From NCBI GenBank assembly GCA_030390025.1, contig CM059432.1, positions 72,170,001 through 72,234,000 on the forward strand: DNA of 64,000 nucleotides, written 5' to 3'. This document shows, piece after piece, positions 52,401 through 64,000 of this stretch. The DNA is from Squalus acanthias (Eukaryota). The notes beneath the pieces are model-generated. The model had not been told where the DNA came from. It ran no database searches and saw only the letters and a list, made by a program, of their open reading frames with translations. The number at the start of each line of letters is the position of its first letter. Positions within the stretch are counted from its first letter, which is position 1. The translations under genes were made by a program, and so were the position numbers.

Positions 52401-54939
52401 GCAGCAACCTATCTCACCTCTCATTTAAAATTCTCATTCTCTACCACCCACCCAAGTACCATAAAAATTTTATTACCGAGATATCTTCATTGCTTTCCTC
52501 CCTCAGCCTCTGCACCAAGCGACTTCACATCCTCGGTGATTTCAACCTCCATCTCAATTTATCATGCTCTCTCTCCTCTGAGTTCACTAGCCTCCTATCC
52601 TCCCTTAATCTCTCCATCCATGTAAACTCCCCAACCCATATTCACAGCCACTCCCTCAACCTTGCCATCTTTCATGGCCTCGCTACTCCCATTGTGTCAA
52701 TCGCAGATAAGACCATCTCTGACCACTTCCTCGTATCGCTCTCCCCCTGCAACCATACTTCCTTCTGTGTCCACCCCTGGTAAAAAAAAAACTCTCCCAA
52801 CTCTCGTACAACTGCACTTACAAAATCCCAACTATCCAGCTTTTGGCCCTCCATTCACCATGACATTTCTGCAGCTACCACACCCTCACCACCGCTTTTG
52901 ATGCCCTAGCCCCTATTAAAATAATTACTCGCTCTCACCCTGGTAGTTCCTCCTGGTACGGCCCTCATCTTTGCTCGCTTAAGTCCAAGGGACGCAGACT
53001 TGAACGGATGTGGCGGACAACTGGTTTAGCCATTCATCACCAGACCTGGCTGGACCACATAAAGTATTATTGGGTCCTGCTCTCGTTTGCCAAAATTGCT
53101 TACTATTCCAGAATCATTCTGGAATGCAAAGATAAACCCCAGCTTCTATTCTCTACTGCTAACCATCTTCTTAAACCCCTCTGACCTGTCTCCTCCACCC
53201 TCACCTCCAACAAGTGTGAGGGGCACATGGACTTCTTTGTCCCTAAGATTGAGACCATCTGTTCAGCGGCCTCTACCACTTTCCTTCCTTCCCCTAGCCC
53301 ACCGGGCTAAACTTCCTCTAAGGTTCCCCCCTGCCCTAGCCCTGAACTCGCATCTTTCTCCAGTTTCTCTCCGATCTCCCCTCATGACGTCTCCGCGCTC
53401 ATCTCCCCTCATGACGTCTCCGCGCTCATCTTGTCCATGAGACCCACTTCCTGCTCCCTCGACCCTATTCCCATGTTAGCTGACATTGTTAACGGTTCTC
53501 TCTGAGGTACTGTCCCCTTCTCCCTTAAATCTGCCGTCATCACCCCTCTCCTCAAAAAAACAACCCTTGATCCCTCCTTCCTTGCAAACTACCGCCCCAT
53601 CTCCAACCTCCCTTTCCTCTCAAGTCCTTGAACATTTTGTCACCTCCCAAATCCAAGCCCATCTTTCCCACAACTGCATATTTGAATCCCTCCAGTCAAG
53701 TTTCCGCCCCTGCCACAGTACCGAAACGGCTCTCATCAAAGTCACAAATTATATCCTTTATGACTGTGACAAAAGTAAACTATCACTCCTCGTCCTTCTT
53801 GACTTCTCTGCAGCCTTTGACACGGTTGACCACTCCATCCTTCTCCAACACCTCTCCACCATCGTCCAGCTGGGTGAGACTGCACTCGCCTGGTTCCATT
53901 CTTACCTATCTAATCGTAACCAGAGAATTACCTGCAATGGCTTCTCTTCCCGCTCCAGCATCATTACCTCTGGTGTCCCCCAAGGATCTATCCTTGGCTC
54001 ACGTACGCTGATGACACCCAGCTCTACCTCACCACCACTTCTCTCGACCCCTCCAGGGTCTCAATAGTCAGACTGCTTGTCCGACTTCCAGTTCTGGATG
54101 AGCAGAAATTTTCTCCAGTTAACTATTGGGAAGACCAAAGCCATTGTTTTTGGTCCCCACTACAAACTCTGTTCTCTAGCCACTGACTCCATCTCTCTCC
54201 CTAACATCTGTCTAAGGCTGAACCACACTGTTCGCAGCCTTGGTGTCATATTTGACCCTGAAATGAGCTTCCGACCAAATATCCACGGCATAACTAAGAC
54301 CGCCTACTTCCACCTCCGTAACATCGCCCGTCTCCGCCCCTGCCTCAGCTAATCCGATGCTGAAACCCTCATCCATGCCTTTGTTGCCTCTAGACTTGAG
54401 TATTCCAACGCACTCCTGGCTGGCCTCCCACATTCTACCCTACGTAAACTTGAGGTCATCCAAAACTCGGCTGCCCATGTCCTAACTCGCACCAAGTCCC
54501 CATCACCCCTGTGCTCGCTGACCTATATTGGCTCCCGGTTAAGCAACGCCTCGATTTCAAAATTCTCATCCTTGTTTTCCAATCCCTCCATGGCCTCGCC
54601 CCTCCCTATCTCTGTAATCTCCTCCAGCCGCACAACCCGCCGAAATATCTGTGCTCCTCTAATTCTGGCTTTTTGAGCATTCCTGATTATAATTGTTCAA
54701 CCTTTGGTGGCCGTGCCTTCTGTTGCCTGGGCCCTAAGCTCTGGAATTCCCTCCCTAAACCTCTCTGCCTCTCTTTCCTCCTTTAGGACATTCCTTAAAA
54801 CCTACCTCTTGCTTTTGGTCAACTGCCCTAATTTCTCCTTATGTGGCACGGTGTCAATTTTTTTGTCTTCTAATACTGCTGTGAAGCGCCTTGGGATGTT
54901 TTACTACGTTAAAGGCGCTATATAAATACAAGTTGTTGT
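52401..54939 (+). mobile_element. L2 LINE, long copy (endonuclease, RT, tail)
   Basis: ILGDFNLH, ISDH; QSSFRPCHSTETALIKV..LLDFSAAFDTVDH..GVPQGSILG; YADD; tail TATAAATACAAGTTGTTGTT; TAATGA on both flanks (52395-52400, 54940-54945). Confidence 0.95.
53374..53431. repeat. perfect 27-bp tandem duplication inside L2
   Basis: ATCTCCCCTCATGACGTCTCCGCGCTC x2. Confidence 0.95.
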
Positions 54940-54940
54940 T

Positions 54941-55200
54941 AATGAAATTGAATTCAATAAATCTGGTCATTTGTAGGCTAGCACCAGAAATTGACTCTGG
55001 AAGCGGCCAGATTGTTTACAAACCCAACTGGTTCATTCATGTCATTCAGGGAAGGGGATGTGCCACCCCTATCCAGTCTGGCTTATATACTGCTCCATTC
55101 CTAGACTATGTGGTTGACCCATTATGCCCTCAGGGCAACTTGGGATGGGCCATAAATACTGGCTTGTGAGCGTTGCCCACATCCCAAGTACAAATGAAAT
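54941..55200 (+). mobile_element. SINE-like derivative of the family-B LINE (5'UTR joined to 3' tail); head probably at 52340-52400
   Basis: CCAACTGGTTCA..CAGGGAAGG..GTCTGGC..ATGTGGTTGAC matches 30790-30835 plus 31848-31890; GGCAACT..TAAAT..TTGCCCACATC matches 11130-11180. Confidence 0.75.
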
Positions 55201-55499
55201 GCTGGGGCAGTTTAACCAACATTTGAAGAGAGAAAAAGCAAATTAAATTTTAGATAGAAATCCCTTGCTGGAATTTGGATTATAGTTCTTATTTTACCTC
55301 ATCTAGGTAATGAATGTTTTATTGCTGGGAAATCCATTTCAGGCATCCAATGTCAGCATCGGGAATTCCCAGTGGAACGTAGGCACAGGAGTAGGCCGTT
55401 TAGCCCCTGGTGTTTGTCCCGCCATTCAATGTAGTCATGGCTGCCTTAATGACTATTTTTTGTTCGACCCTTGCCTACTTGGAACTGAACTGAAACTAC

Positions 55500-55630
55500 C
55501 CAAACTTCTTTCACGTAAGATTTTTACAGCCAGTGGAAACTTCTTGACCCATTAGTCTGGGCTGGATTTGAAATCCGGTTCCACAGGTGAAAGGGCAGGA
55601 ATTGAGGTCTAACCCATTGAGCCACCCAGT
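55500..55630 (-). mobile_element. tRNA-derived SINE head fragment
   Basis: Minus strand TGGCTCAATGG (A-box) and TTTCAAATCC (B-box-like). Confidence 0.45.
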
Positions 55631-56777
55631 TTCACTTTTTTTAAACCCCTGTTTTCAAGCTCTTGACCAAGATTATGTAATCACCAGAGGAAATAATGAT
55701 TATCCTTGTACTTCCTTCTCTTTCCACCCCTCATCTGTTCACTTTGCCCATAAATTAATAAAAAATAAATTGTAACCAAAAACATTCTCAGTCCCCCTTT
55801 ACTGCACGCCCACCCCCCACATATACAAATTCTGAATTGTGTACTTCAGTACCTAATTAACTCACCTTTGAGCTCTATTACAAGGGATGGATACTAACTG
55901 GAGCCAAAGCCAATTCATTGGCTTGTGGAGTCTGTTTACACCCATGCCACAGCTCCTCTTCTCTCCTCCTGCAGTTGAATTGCCCTCACAGCAGATTTGT
56001 TTTTACAGATTAGAGGCATTCCTGATCTGGTGCTTTCCTATTACCTTGGTAAATTTAAATTCCCAATAAATTGAAAAGAATGCCTTTATCATTCCATTTG
56101 AATTGTGGGCATGTGCATCCATTTTCCTCTTCATTTTCAGTTTTAGTTTAATTGAACCATCACATTGCCAGTTGCTACTAGTTTGTAATTCCATAGTTGA
56201 GCCACTTATGCATATATGGATGTGTGAATGTATATTGTTCCATGTGTCCTTTAATGAAAGTATATTCTATTATTATGCCTTAGTAAAAGCATTCATACAT
56301 ACTTTTTATTGCATACATTTTCCACCATATGCAAATGGCAACAATACTTTAATCTTTACAATATAGTCCTGTATTATTCTGAATTACTTTCTGTACTTGC
56401 CACTGTAAATTTAAACAAAGTCAAATATTATCCAATGCTTGCACCATAAACCTGCTTACGAAAAGGTTTTGGCAGTATTATTGCATCATCTGCAATTTTA
56501 ACCCTCTTAGTATGCATTAGCTGTGTAGTGTGCTACTATATCACAATAATGCCAACATTTTTCATGTTTGCCCACTAATCTAAACATGTTCCTTTTTCTT
56601 GTGCTAAAGATGGGAGTCTTGCCATCACCATCCTCTTTAAATGCAAATATTCAAAGTTAGTTTTAACAGTGAGAACTAATGATTTAATCATGGAAGCCAG
56701 TTGAAAGGATTTACTTAACTTAAATTCTGCTCCTTCATATGCTGTTAATTGGCACCATTTGTGTTGTCCTGCTACAC

Positions 56778-56990
56778 AGAATTACATAGAATGTTACAGC
56801 ATAGAAACGGGCCATTCGGCCCAACTGGTGATTATCCTCCACACTCACCTCCTCGCGCCTTACTTCATCTAACCCTATCAACATATCCTTCCATTCCTTT
56901 CTCCCTCATGTACTTATCTAGCTTCCCCTTAAATACATCTATGCTATTCACCACAAACACTCCATGTGGTAGCACATTCCACATTCCACG
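56778..56990 (-). mobile_element. CR1 3' tail fragment
   Basis: CATAGAATGTTACAGCATAGAAACGGGCCATTCGGCCC. Confidence 0.75.
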
Positions 56991-58072
56991 CTGATTTTCT
57001 CTGCTCCTCTCCTGAAGACGCTTGCTCTTGCTAGAGTATAGTTACATTTGTACTGGTGTTTCTTTGATATCTCATCCAAATGGTCGCTTTTCATAAGCAA
57101 GTCCAGACAAAGAATGTTGGCAGGCCGTGTGACCACATTTCAGCCCAATCCTTTCTTCATTGAATAGTGATCAAAAGAGGGAACTCGGACGATTTTTTTC
57201 TCATTTCAAAACTGAAAAGTATGTTGAATTGACTCTTTTTTTTCAAATCGCTTTAAAGGGAAGAAATGAGCACACACTTGCACATCCAATTAATCCATGG
57301 CATGCACTGTTCCTATATTCCTGTATTTTTCTACAAAGCCCCGTTGAATTTGTGGCAGAGTTGCATAAGATTTTGGGTGGTTTCTGTTCCTTTTTCATGG
57401 AGCAAAACATCCCTAAATCACAGATGAAAAATGAGCAAAAATGCTTTGCTTATCAGTTTCCTTATGTAGACGTAACATTTATTAGAATTAAATGAAACCC
57501 TGGTTCTAATATTTTGTTTTGTAACATGCAAAGCTTGAAATTGTAGGTTTTTCAACTGTCTCTGTATTTGCATATTTTGGTACTGCAAAAAAAACAGATA
57601 AATGATGTGTCCGGGTACTTTGGGTAGAACTACTTCTGTAAGCTTACATTGTTCCATTTTGAAACTAAAATATTCTGGAATGACCTATCTATACCATGTA
57701 AACCCTGGCAACATAATTACATATTTATCTAGCATCAGGTAATATTGCCAGAGAACATGCAAGTATATTGGTTACTGAAACCCATCTTCTTCCTTTCTTG
57801 GGTTAATTCTGGGGGGCAGGCTGGGGGTTGTGGCGCAGTTTCTGGGAGAAGCCAAATGTATGTGCTAGAAGCCCGGTTTTGTCTACTCAATCTCCTCTTG
57901 GGCTCATAGGAAGACCTGCCTCCAGGCAAACTAATGTGATGTTGTTCAGTTAAACCTGTTGTGAGTTGAACTTGTGTTAACGCCATGGGTTTTCTTAAAT
58001 TAGCAAATGCCATATTTTCAAGCATAACTGGGCATATGGTACAACTAAGAAAGTGTTGTGTAAATGAAGTGG

Positions 58073-58117
58073 CAGATTCTGACGAAAGGTCATCGACCTG
58101 AAACGTTAACTCTGTTT
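58073..58117 (+). ncRNA. minimal hammerhead ribozyme motif in a ~94-bp Penelope-type insert (58080-58173)
   Basis: CAGATT-CTGACGA-A-AGGTC-ATC-GACCT-GAAA-CG-TT-AACTCTG; TSD TGGCAGATTC at 58070-58079 and 58174-58183. Confidence 0.7.
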
Positions 58118-58379
58118 CTCTCTCCACAGATGCTGCCAGACCTGCTGAGTATTTCCAGCATTTTCTGTTTTTATGGCAGATTCACTGTCCTGTTCACCTG
58201 CAATAGATTATAGAAGCTTAGTCATTTTGCACCGCAGCTCTTCTATGTGTGTAGTAAAATTGTAATAGTGTTGCCTGCATTCATCTCATATTCACATAAA
58301 CTTTGAGGAAAATATTACAATCCAGATTGAATTAATTTATTCACATTAACTTGTGGGTATGTGTCTTGCATCACAGTGA

Positions 58380-58692
58380 AATGCAAATATAATTAGATTA
58401 GCAGTCCATTTACTGGAGGTGATGGTGTCAGCATGGTAGAGAGCATGTGCAGGATACTGCAGGTGTCTTTCTTCCATGAGGGGCTGACGTCAGCACTGGA
58501 CAAGTTGAAAGCTTTACATAGCAGCTGTAATCTCCATGCTGCATTGGAGAGAATAGCCAGGGATGTGCTTACAGTTGATATGGCAACAAATGCTTGGGGT
58601 CAAAGCACTATAAACAGTGTACTTTCAATATTGTTTTATTGGAGTGCACCGACTGACATTTCCAGCAAGGAACACTGGGTGATTGAGTGAGT
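58380..58692 (+). promoter_or_regulatory. candidate alternative promoter with short first exon
   Basis: Octamer ATGCAAAT 58381; palindrome GCTGACGTCAGC 58483-58494; X-box-like GTTGATATGGCAAC 58574-58587; TATAAA 58609-58614; donor TGA|GTGAGT (GT 58687-58688). Confidence 0.45.
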
Positions 58693-59589
58693 ACCTTTTT
58701 CTTTGTGTGTTTCACTGAACACATTTGTGCATAAAAATGAATACTGTTGATCATGGCAGCTATTTAATTTGATATTGCTGTATGTAATATTTTTACTCCA
58801 GTGAGACGTAGCAGCAGATGTGACCCATTATTATCGTGGCAGGAATGAGCTTATAGTAGGCTTATTCCGATGACGAGAGCACAGAGATGTATTGGTGTGC
58901 TTACTGCTTATACTTCAGTGTGCATATACTTTTGGTTACCTTGCTTTGTTCCATTCATGTTGCTCTTACAAACATGTTTATGAATGGCTATTCCTGTCTG
59001 TCTTTGCATTTTCCAAGTACATTCCAGGATTATTTGATTACACAATGCCTCAAATGTTTGGCAATGGATCTCTTATCCGTATTGTTTGTTTTGAGGTGAT
59101 GTATGGCTTGTATATGAATTATTCAGAGTAGAAATGACAACTTATTGTTACAATGATATTTTTTAAAGCAACATTTTGCTTGAATAATTTGGCAAATACT
59201 ATTCAGCAAAAACACAGCATCCTTTCACAGGCACTGGATTAGGCCCAGGTCCTCAGAGTATTTAAGTGTTGTATTGAAAAATCAGCATTTCATTGTTGTT
59301 GAAAGAATTGTGTGGATCTTGCATGACATATAATGTATTTACTTTTTAAAAGAAACACATTTGGGCAATGTGTATATTTTTGCAAATTTTACAGTTTATG
59401 TGGTTGTTTTACTTGGAAAAATGGTGATTAAAACTGATGCAGAGTACTTCTCCCTCTGTTACATTAAAGGAAATCATCTTTACAAAAGTGTATATTTGTT
59501 TTAAGTTGGAGAAGAGCCATACATCAAATTTGACGTGTTTGGTAAACCTTTTTCATTTATTTACAAACACTTTTATCACAAAAAGGGAC

Positions 59590-59960
59590 TGCGTGGTGTC
59601 GTGGTTTGGACAAATAACATGGGACCTGCGTTCAAATAGAAACCCAGACCGATTGAATGAGTCTAATCTATCTGCCGGAAAGGGTCCTGTGTGAAATAAG
59701 TTTGAACAGTGTAATGTTGCTCCCATTGGGCTTAGTCCCACAGTACAAAAATGCCTGTAAATGAGCACTAAATTACCAACCTTACTCAGACATCACAGAA
59801 TCACTGATGTAAGAAATAGGAAAATGTCATATTGGTACAGTAAATAAGTTCTCTTAGGCTGGGAAACAGTCGGGGAAGTTGAACTCTACATCTAACTGCT
59901 ATGCTTGACTGAAGTTGGGAGTACTTGATGTTGATGCTGGTTGTGAAGTACTGACAAAAA
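59590..59960 (+). mobile_element. LF-SINE-like old SINE
   Basis: GTTCAAAT B-box; CCTGTGTGAAATAAGTTTG..CACTAAATT parallels 25845-25945. Confidence 0.45.
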
Positions 59961-60207
59961 AACTTCCAATTAATAACATATCAATCAGAACTACAATTAC
60001 TTTAGTGGCCTTAATAATTCAACAGTTACAATTGCCAACATCTCAGTTTAAAAACAAATACTGCTCCAAATTCAACATAATTGTCCCAGCAGTTTGATCT
60101 TCAATGCAATTATTTAAATGTTTGCATTCTGTTGATTGTTGATGGGATTTTTATGTTGATGAATATCTTACATTTTCAAATGATTAATTTTTATATATTT
60201 TTCACAG

Positions 60208-60292
60208 GGCAACATAATTGTTGGTTAAAACATGAGGTTCTGTCAAGTTGACGTGTAGCTGATGAGAGCTGGTATCACTGGAGAGGAACTAA
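60208..60292 (+). other. candidate non-coding exon
   Basis: Acceptor TTTTTATATATTTTTCACAG| at 60207; donor uncertain (weak CTAA|GTGAAA, or GAA|GTGAAT near 60350). Confidence 0.3.
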
Positions 60293-60967
60293 GTGAAAAA
60301 ATCTTTTTCATTCTTGTGGGGTGGTTAACATCATTTTCAGCTCCAAAGAAGTGAATTGAGTTTTTTAATTAGCCGTATTGATGAAAGCAAATATCAAAAA
60401 GCATTTTGAGAACTTCTAATATGAATACAATGTAATTAATAACTGATAAAATAGCTCAAAGGACTATTTTTCCAACATATTTATTGTGGGTGTTTTATAA
60501 GATTTTGATTGAACTGTGTTCATTCAAGGGGGGAAAAAAACAAATTATCTGACTTTATTCCCTAAACCAAAAAGAAGTCTACATATATATTTCTCGTCAC
60601 TAGGCCAGCATATCTAAATGGGGTGTTTTCAGACAATCTGCAGTTGTGTGTATATTTACTATAATGTGGTATGTAAATGTGTGCCACTTTTATGTGAAGA
60701 GTACTGCTGTTTTTTTTTTGGAATCTAATTGCCTGTACAAGTTTACCCAGCAGGATATCCTGTCATAACATCCTTGGCACTTGGCTAACTGATGAGGCCA
60801 TATGTTATGAGAGATGACCATTGGCCCCATGTCTTTAATCCACATCATCAGATATGCAGATAAATAAATGTAGATGTATATTTTCATTTTTGTTCCTGTA
60901 CCCTTTCCACCTTCATATTCAACCTCTATATGGGAATTTTTGTTTATTTAATATCTGCCTTTTGCAG

Positions 60968-61290
60968 CCATCTCCACCCTTTTAAAATACATATTTTTAC
61001 TGTGATAAAATTGTTATGCCCATTTCATAAACTGCTAGTCAATTTCCCATGGCATTGCACGCGGAGTTAAGAACAGCTGTTGTCTTCAGGTGTAGCAGGG
61101 TTGGAGGGTAGGAGATTATTTAATCAGGGGATACAGGCATCCTTCCAGCTGACTGGCAAGGCAGTTGCTCAAAGAGGCTTCCACGGACTTTAAAAAATAT
61201 CTGCAGGCATTGGGTGCACAAACGCCAACAAATGCAATACTGGTAGAAGATGACTAAGATGATCAGACTCCATCTGAAGCTTTGAATATT
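60968..61290 (+). other. candidate 5'UTR exon with several uORFs
   Basis: Acceptor TCTGCCTTTTGCAG| (alternative GTCTTCAG| at 61089); consensus donor |GTAAGT at 61291; stops in all three frames; non-repetitive. Confidence 0.55.
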
Positions 61291-61489
61291 GTAAGTAATT
61301 TTTTTTTTTAATGTTTTTTATATCGGTGCAGTGCAACCTCTCCATTCACCCGGGTCTTCAGATTGGTGAAAACTTAATAAGGTAAAATAAATTTAAAAGA
61401 AGACCTGCAGTCTGAGTAAACTTGGCTTAAAAGAAGACAGGGAGAAGACCATCTTAAATAGTCCAAAGTTAAAGTCTTGGGCTCGTGAT

Positions 61490-62880
61490 GGGACGAAGTA
61501 GACTTGTAGACAGTGTGGAGTCAGCTTAGAATGTCAACAAACTAATATCCAGGTTCTGAGTCAGTTGTAGAGAGGGAGTAGTTCCAAAAGCCATTCGAGG
61601 GGCAGAGTATCAGTGGAGGCATTGTCCAGTGGAATTGGAGGGCAGAATCGGAGTAGTCAGTTAACCATGAGCCAGCAGAGGTTGCTCCTGCAGTCCATCA
61701 GAGCTACGTAGTGGCTTCAGGTGTTAACAGTGTGCGCCAGCAGTTCTGGTGGATCAGCAGAAGAGCAAGGAGCACAAGGTGGGAAATACAAGGACCAAGA
61801 GCAGTAAAGACCATGGAGCCAGGGGAAGGTGAATGGTAAATCCACGGGATCAGTGCAGCTGACTGAGCTGGTCCAGGGAGCAGCTCTTGGGTGGTGATTA
61901 GCACACTATCAGGAAGAGCAGGAGCTGGTCCAGCCCAGCCCAATGAAGGGAGTTAGAGGAGTTCTGATGGACAGGTGAAGTAGAGCAAAGTCAGTGGCCA
62001 TGGGAAGCAAGCATGTGGCAGCAAAGCAGAGATCATTCAGCAGCATCCAGAGCAGGATGGAAACCAGGAAGAACGGATTAAAGCTAGCTGACCATAGAGG
62101 GGAAAATGTCTGAGCAGAAGAGTGGAAACTGACCTCGCATGCCCAGACAACAGTTGAATAGAGCTAGTTCAGCAAAGAATGTAGTCATGGTAGAAAGTGG
62201 TAGCAAAAGTAGAGGTCATGGTAAAGGCCAGATGGCAGCAGAGAAATGGCCTGGAAGAAAGTGTATTTTGACCCAGGACTCAATACAGCAGCAGGGAACA
62301 GCGGAGAAGCCAGCAGTGTAATGGAGTACACTACTGAACCCAACAAGTAGCAGCGGGTGAGGGATGGGCACCGTAGGCTGAAATATGTTACCTAAAATTT
62401 GAAAAGATTGAGTGGCAGAGCAGAGTCACAGCACCTGAGGAATACAGTGTAGTCCAGCAGAGGAGAAGTGGGGACACGTTGGACCCCCTGTGGCCCCACC
62501 TCATTGTCTTAGCTGTACTCTGCTGTGTCTTTGATGTAATACCTCCCTGACGGATTGTATCTCTGCAGACACATTGTTCTCTGTCTATATACACTTTGTA
62601 ACCGATTTGTATTCCCTCACTGTACCTGACGAAGGAGCAGAGCTCCGAAAGCTCGTAATTTCAAATAAAACTGTTGGACTATAACCTGGTGTTGTGCGAC
62701 TTCTCATTTTTGTCCACCCCAGTCCAACTCCGGCATCTCCGTATCACCGCAGTCATGAAGGCAGAGGTGTGCCAGGGTCCAGGAAATCAAATGTGATTTC
62801 AAATGAGCAGAGTCCTAGCTGTCAAAGAGCACAGGTAAAAATACAGATTAAATATGGTCAAGGGATGGGATTGGAATTGT
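61490..62880 (-). mobile_element. old L2-like LINE remnant, interrupted at ~62470-62745
   Basis: Purine-rich tract resembling the reverse complement of the pyrimidine-rich L2 body at 52400-54400; motifs decayed. Confidence 0.45.
62470..62745 (+). mobile_element. second Penelope-type terminal repeat family with hammerhead motif (62621-62657)
   Basis: TGTAC-CTGACGA-A-GGAGC-AGA-GCTCC-GAAA-GC-TC-GTA, then AATAAA and a TGTTGGACT..AGTCCAAC hairpin. Confidence 0.7.
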
Positions 62881-63385
62881 GTTCTGTATAGATAACTTTA
62901 ACTTGTAGCTTGGACTTGTGGATTGAACTAAAATACGTTCCTTATTAGGAGCAGGTAGTCTTAATTAGTGGGGAGAGGGGTGGGGGACGAGGGCAAAGGA
63001 TTGCAATAATAGGCCGGGATTGAATTGCAATTCACTTGGAAGCTGCCAGCCTAGGAGCCATCTGGGCAATCCTTGAAGTAAATTTTCTGGACATAGTTCA
63101 AATACAGAGCAATGGACTTGCTACCCGATTTTGTACCATGTGATGGTGATGCTAGTGTCTTTTCCCACGGTTCTTTCTCTTAGTGCTGGTGTATTCTGTA
63201 TGCATTCTAACCCTTAACCTGGACTTCTAAGTGATTCCCCAGGGAATTAAATAGGTGTGCTCCTTCCTGGAAGAGTGCAATATATTTTGAATGGATCATG
63301 CACTGTCTGCAGTAGTGATAAGTCTGCCGCAGTTAGGTAGCCTGCTTGACCTGCTTTGTCCTCATTCACATAAGGAAATTTGGTC

Positions 63386-63622
63386 ACTTCCTCATGCCCA
63401 GAGGGTGGCGGGGGTCTGGAACTCACTGCCTGAAGAGAGTTTCTGTCTCTACCACCCTATCACATTTAAAAAGTACTTGGATATGCACTTGAAGTGCTGT
63501 AACCTACAAGGCTACGGACCATGAGCTGGAAAGTGGGATTAGGTTGGATAGCTCATTTTTGGTCAGCACAAACATGATGGGTCGAATGGCCTCCTTCTGT
63601 GCCATAAATGTCTATGATTCTG
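63386..63622 (+). mobile_element. CR1 3' tail fragment
   Basis: QRVAGVWNSLPE; tail GATGGGTCGAATGGCCTCCTTCTGTG; same subfamily as 19740-19970. Confidence 0.85.
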
Positions 63623-64000
63623 TGTATCCGTATGCTGCTAGCATCTGTGAAACCACATCCTAGGATGGATTATTGCCTTCAGGAGAGACTATTGGAAAAA
63701 GTGGTACTGTATATAGCAACTGTGGGTATAGTTTGCGTAATCCAATTACAGTACTGAACTTGAAGTACTCCCAGGTTTACCTTGGAAATCATATTAAGTT
63801 GCTTATAGTTTCTCATTGCTCTGTTTCAGTGAGTCAAATAAAAATAAAATTGCCCATCATCATTAACTGTTTTAAATAGGTGACCACAATCATAACCAGT
63901 TACGTTGATCATACCATTTTCCTCACTGTGGATTACTAAAATGCCTTTGGAACACCATAACTGAACTATGTTCACCTTTTTAGAAAGAGTTAGTTTATTG

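Noticed and set aside
1..64000. CRISPR arrays, rRNA, prokaryotic operons or a nameable host gene
   Set aside because: No regularly spaced repeat-spacer array or rRNA motifs seen; the DNA is eukaryotic and intron-like; I could not match the UTR-like exons to a gene from memory

Overview
Repeat-dense, intron-like vertebrate genomic DNA. The repeat families (HER1-type CR1 LINEs, L2 LINEs, SacSINE1/DeuSINE-like and LF-SINE-like SINEs, Penelope/Neptune elements, Harbinger transposons and MITEs, a DIRS retrotransposon) point to a cartilaginous fish; this is an inference from recognised repeat sequences. I found no intact host protein-coding exon. The ORF-track entries I could interpret are transposon fragments or chance ORFs. 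The host-gene signal is a CpG-rich promoter with a non-coding first exon (~6.4-6.6 kb, + strand), a candidate alternative promoter/exon near 58.6 kb, and candidate uORF-rich 5'UTR exons at ~60.2 kb and 60968-61290. Most of the window is therefore probably a ~54 kb first intron of a gene I cannot name. The most notable items are: (i) minimal hammerhead-ribozyme motifs in Penelope-type termini, including a ~94-bp stand-alone insert with a 10-bp TSD; (ii) a single-ORF LINE with a tRNA-derived Pol III head, alongside its internally deleted SINE partner; (iii) a decayed DIRS element that keeps its ICR/terminal complementarity; (iv) Harbinger-type MITEs carrying promoter-like motif cassettes; and (v) a locally templated 65-bp inverted insertion.
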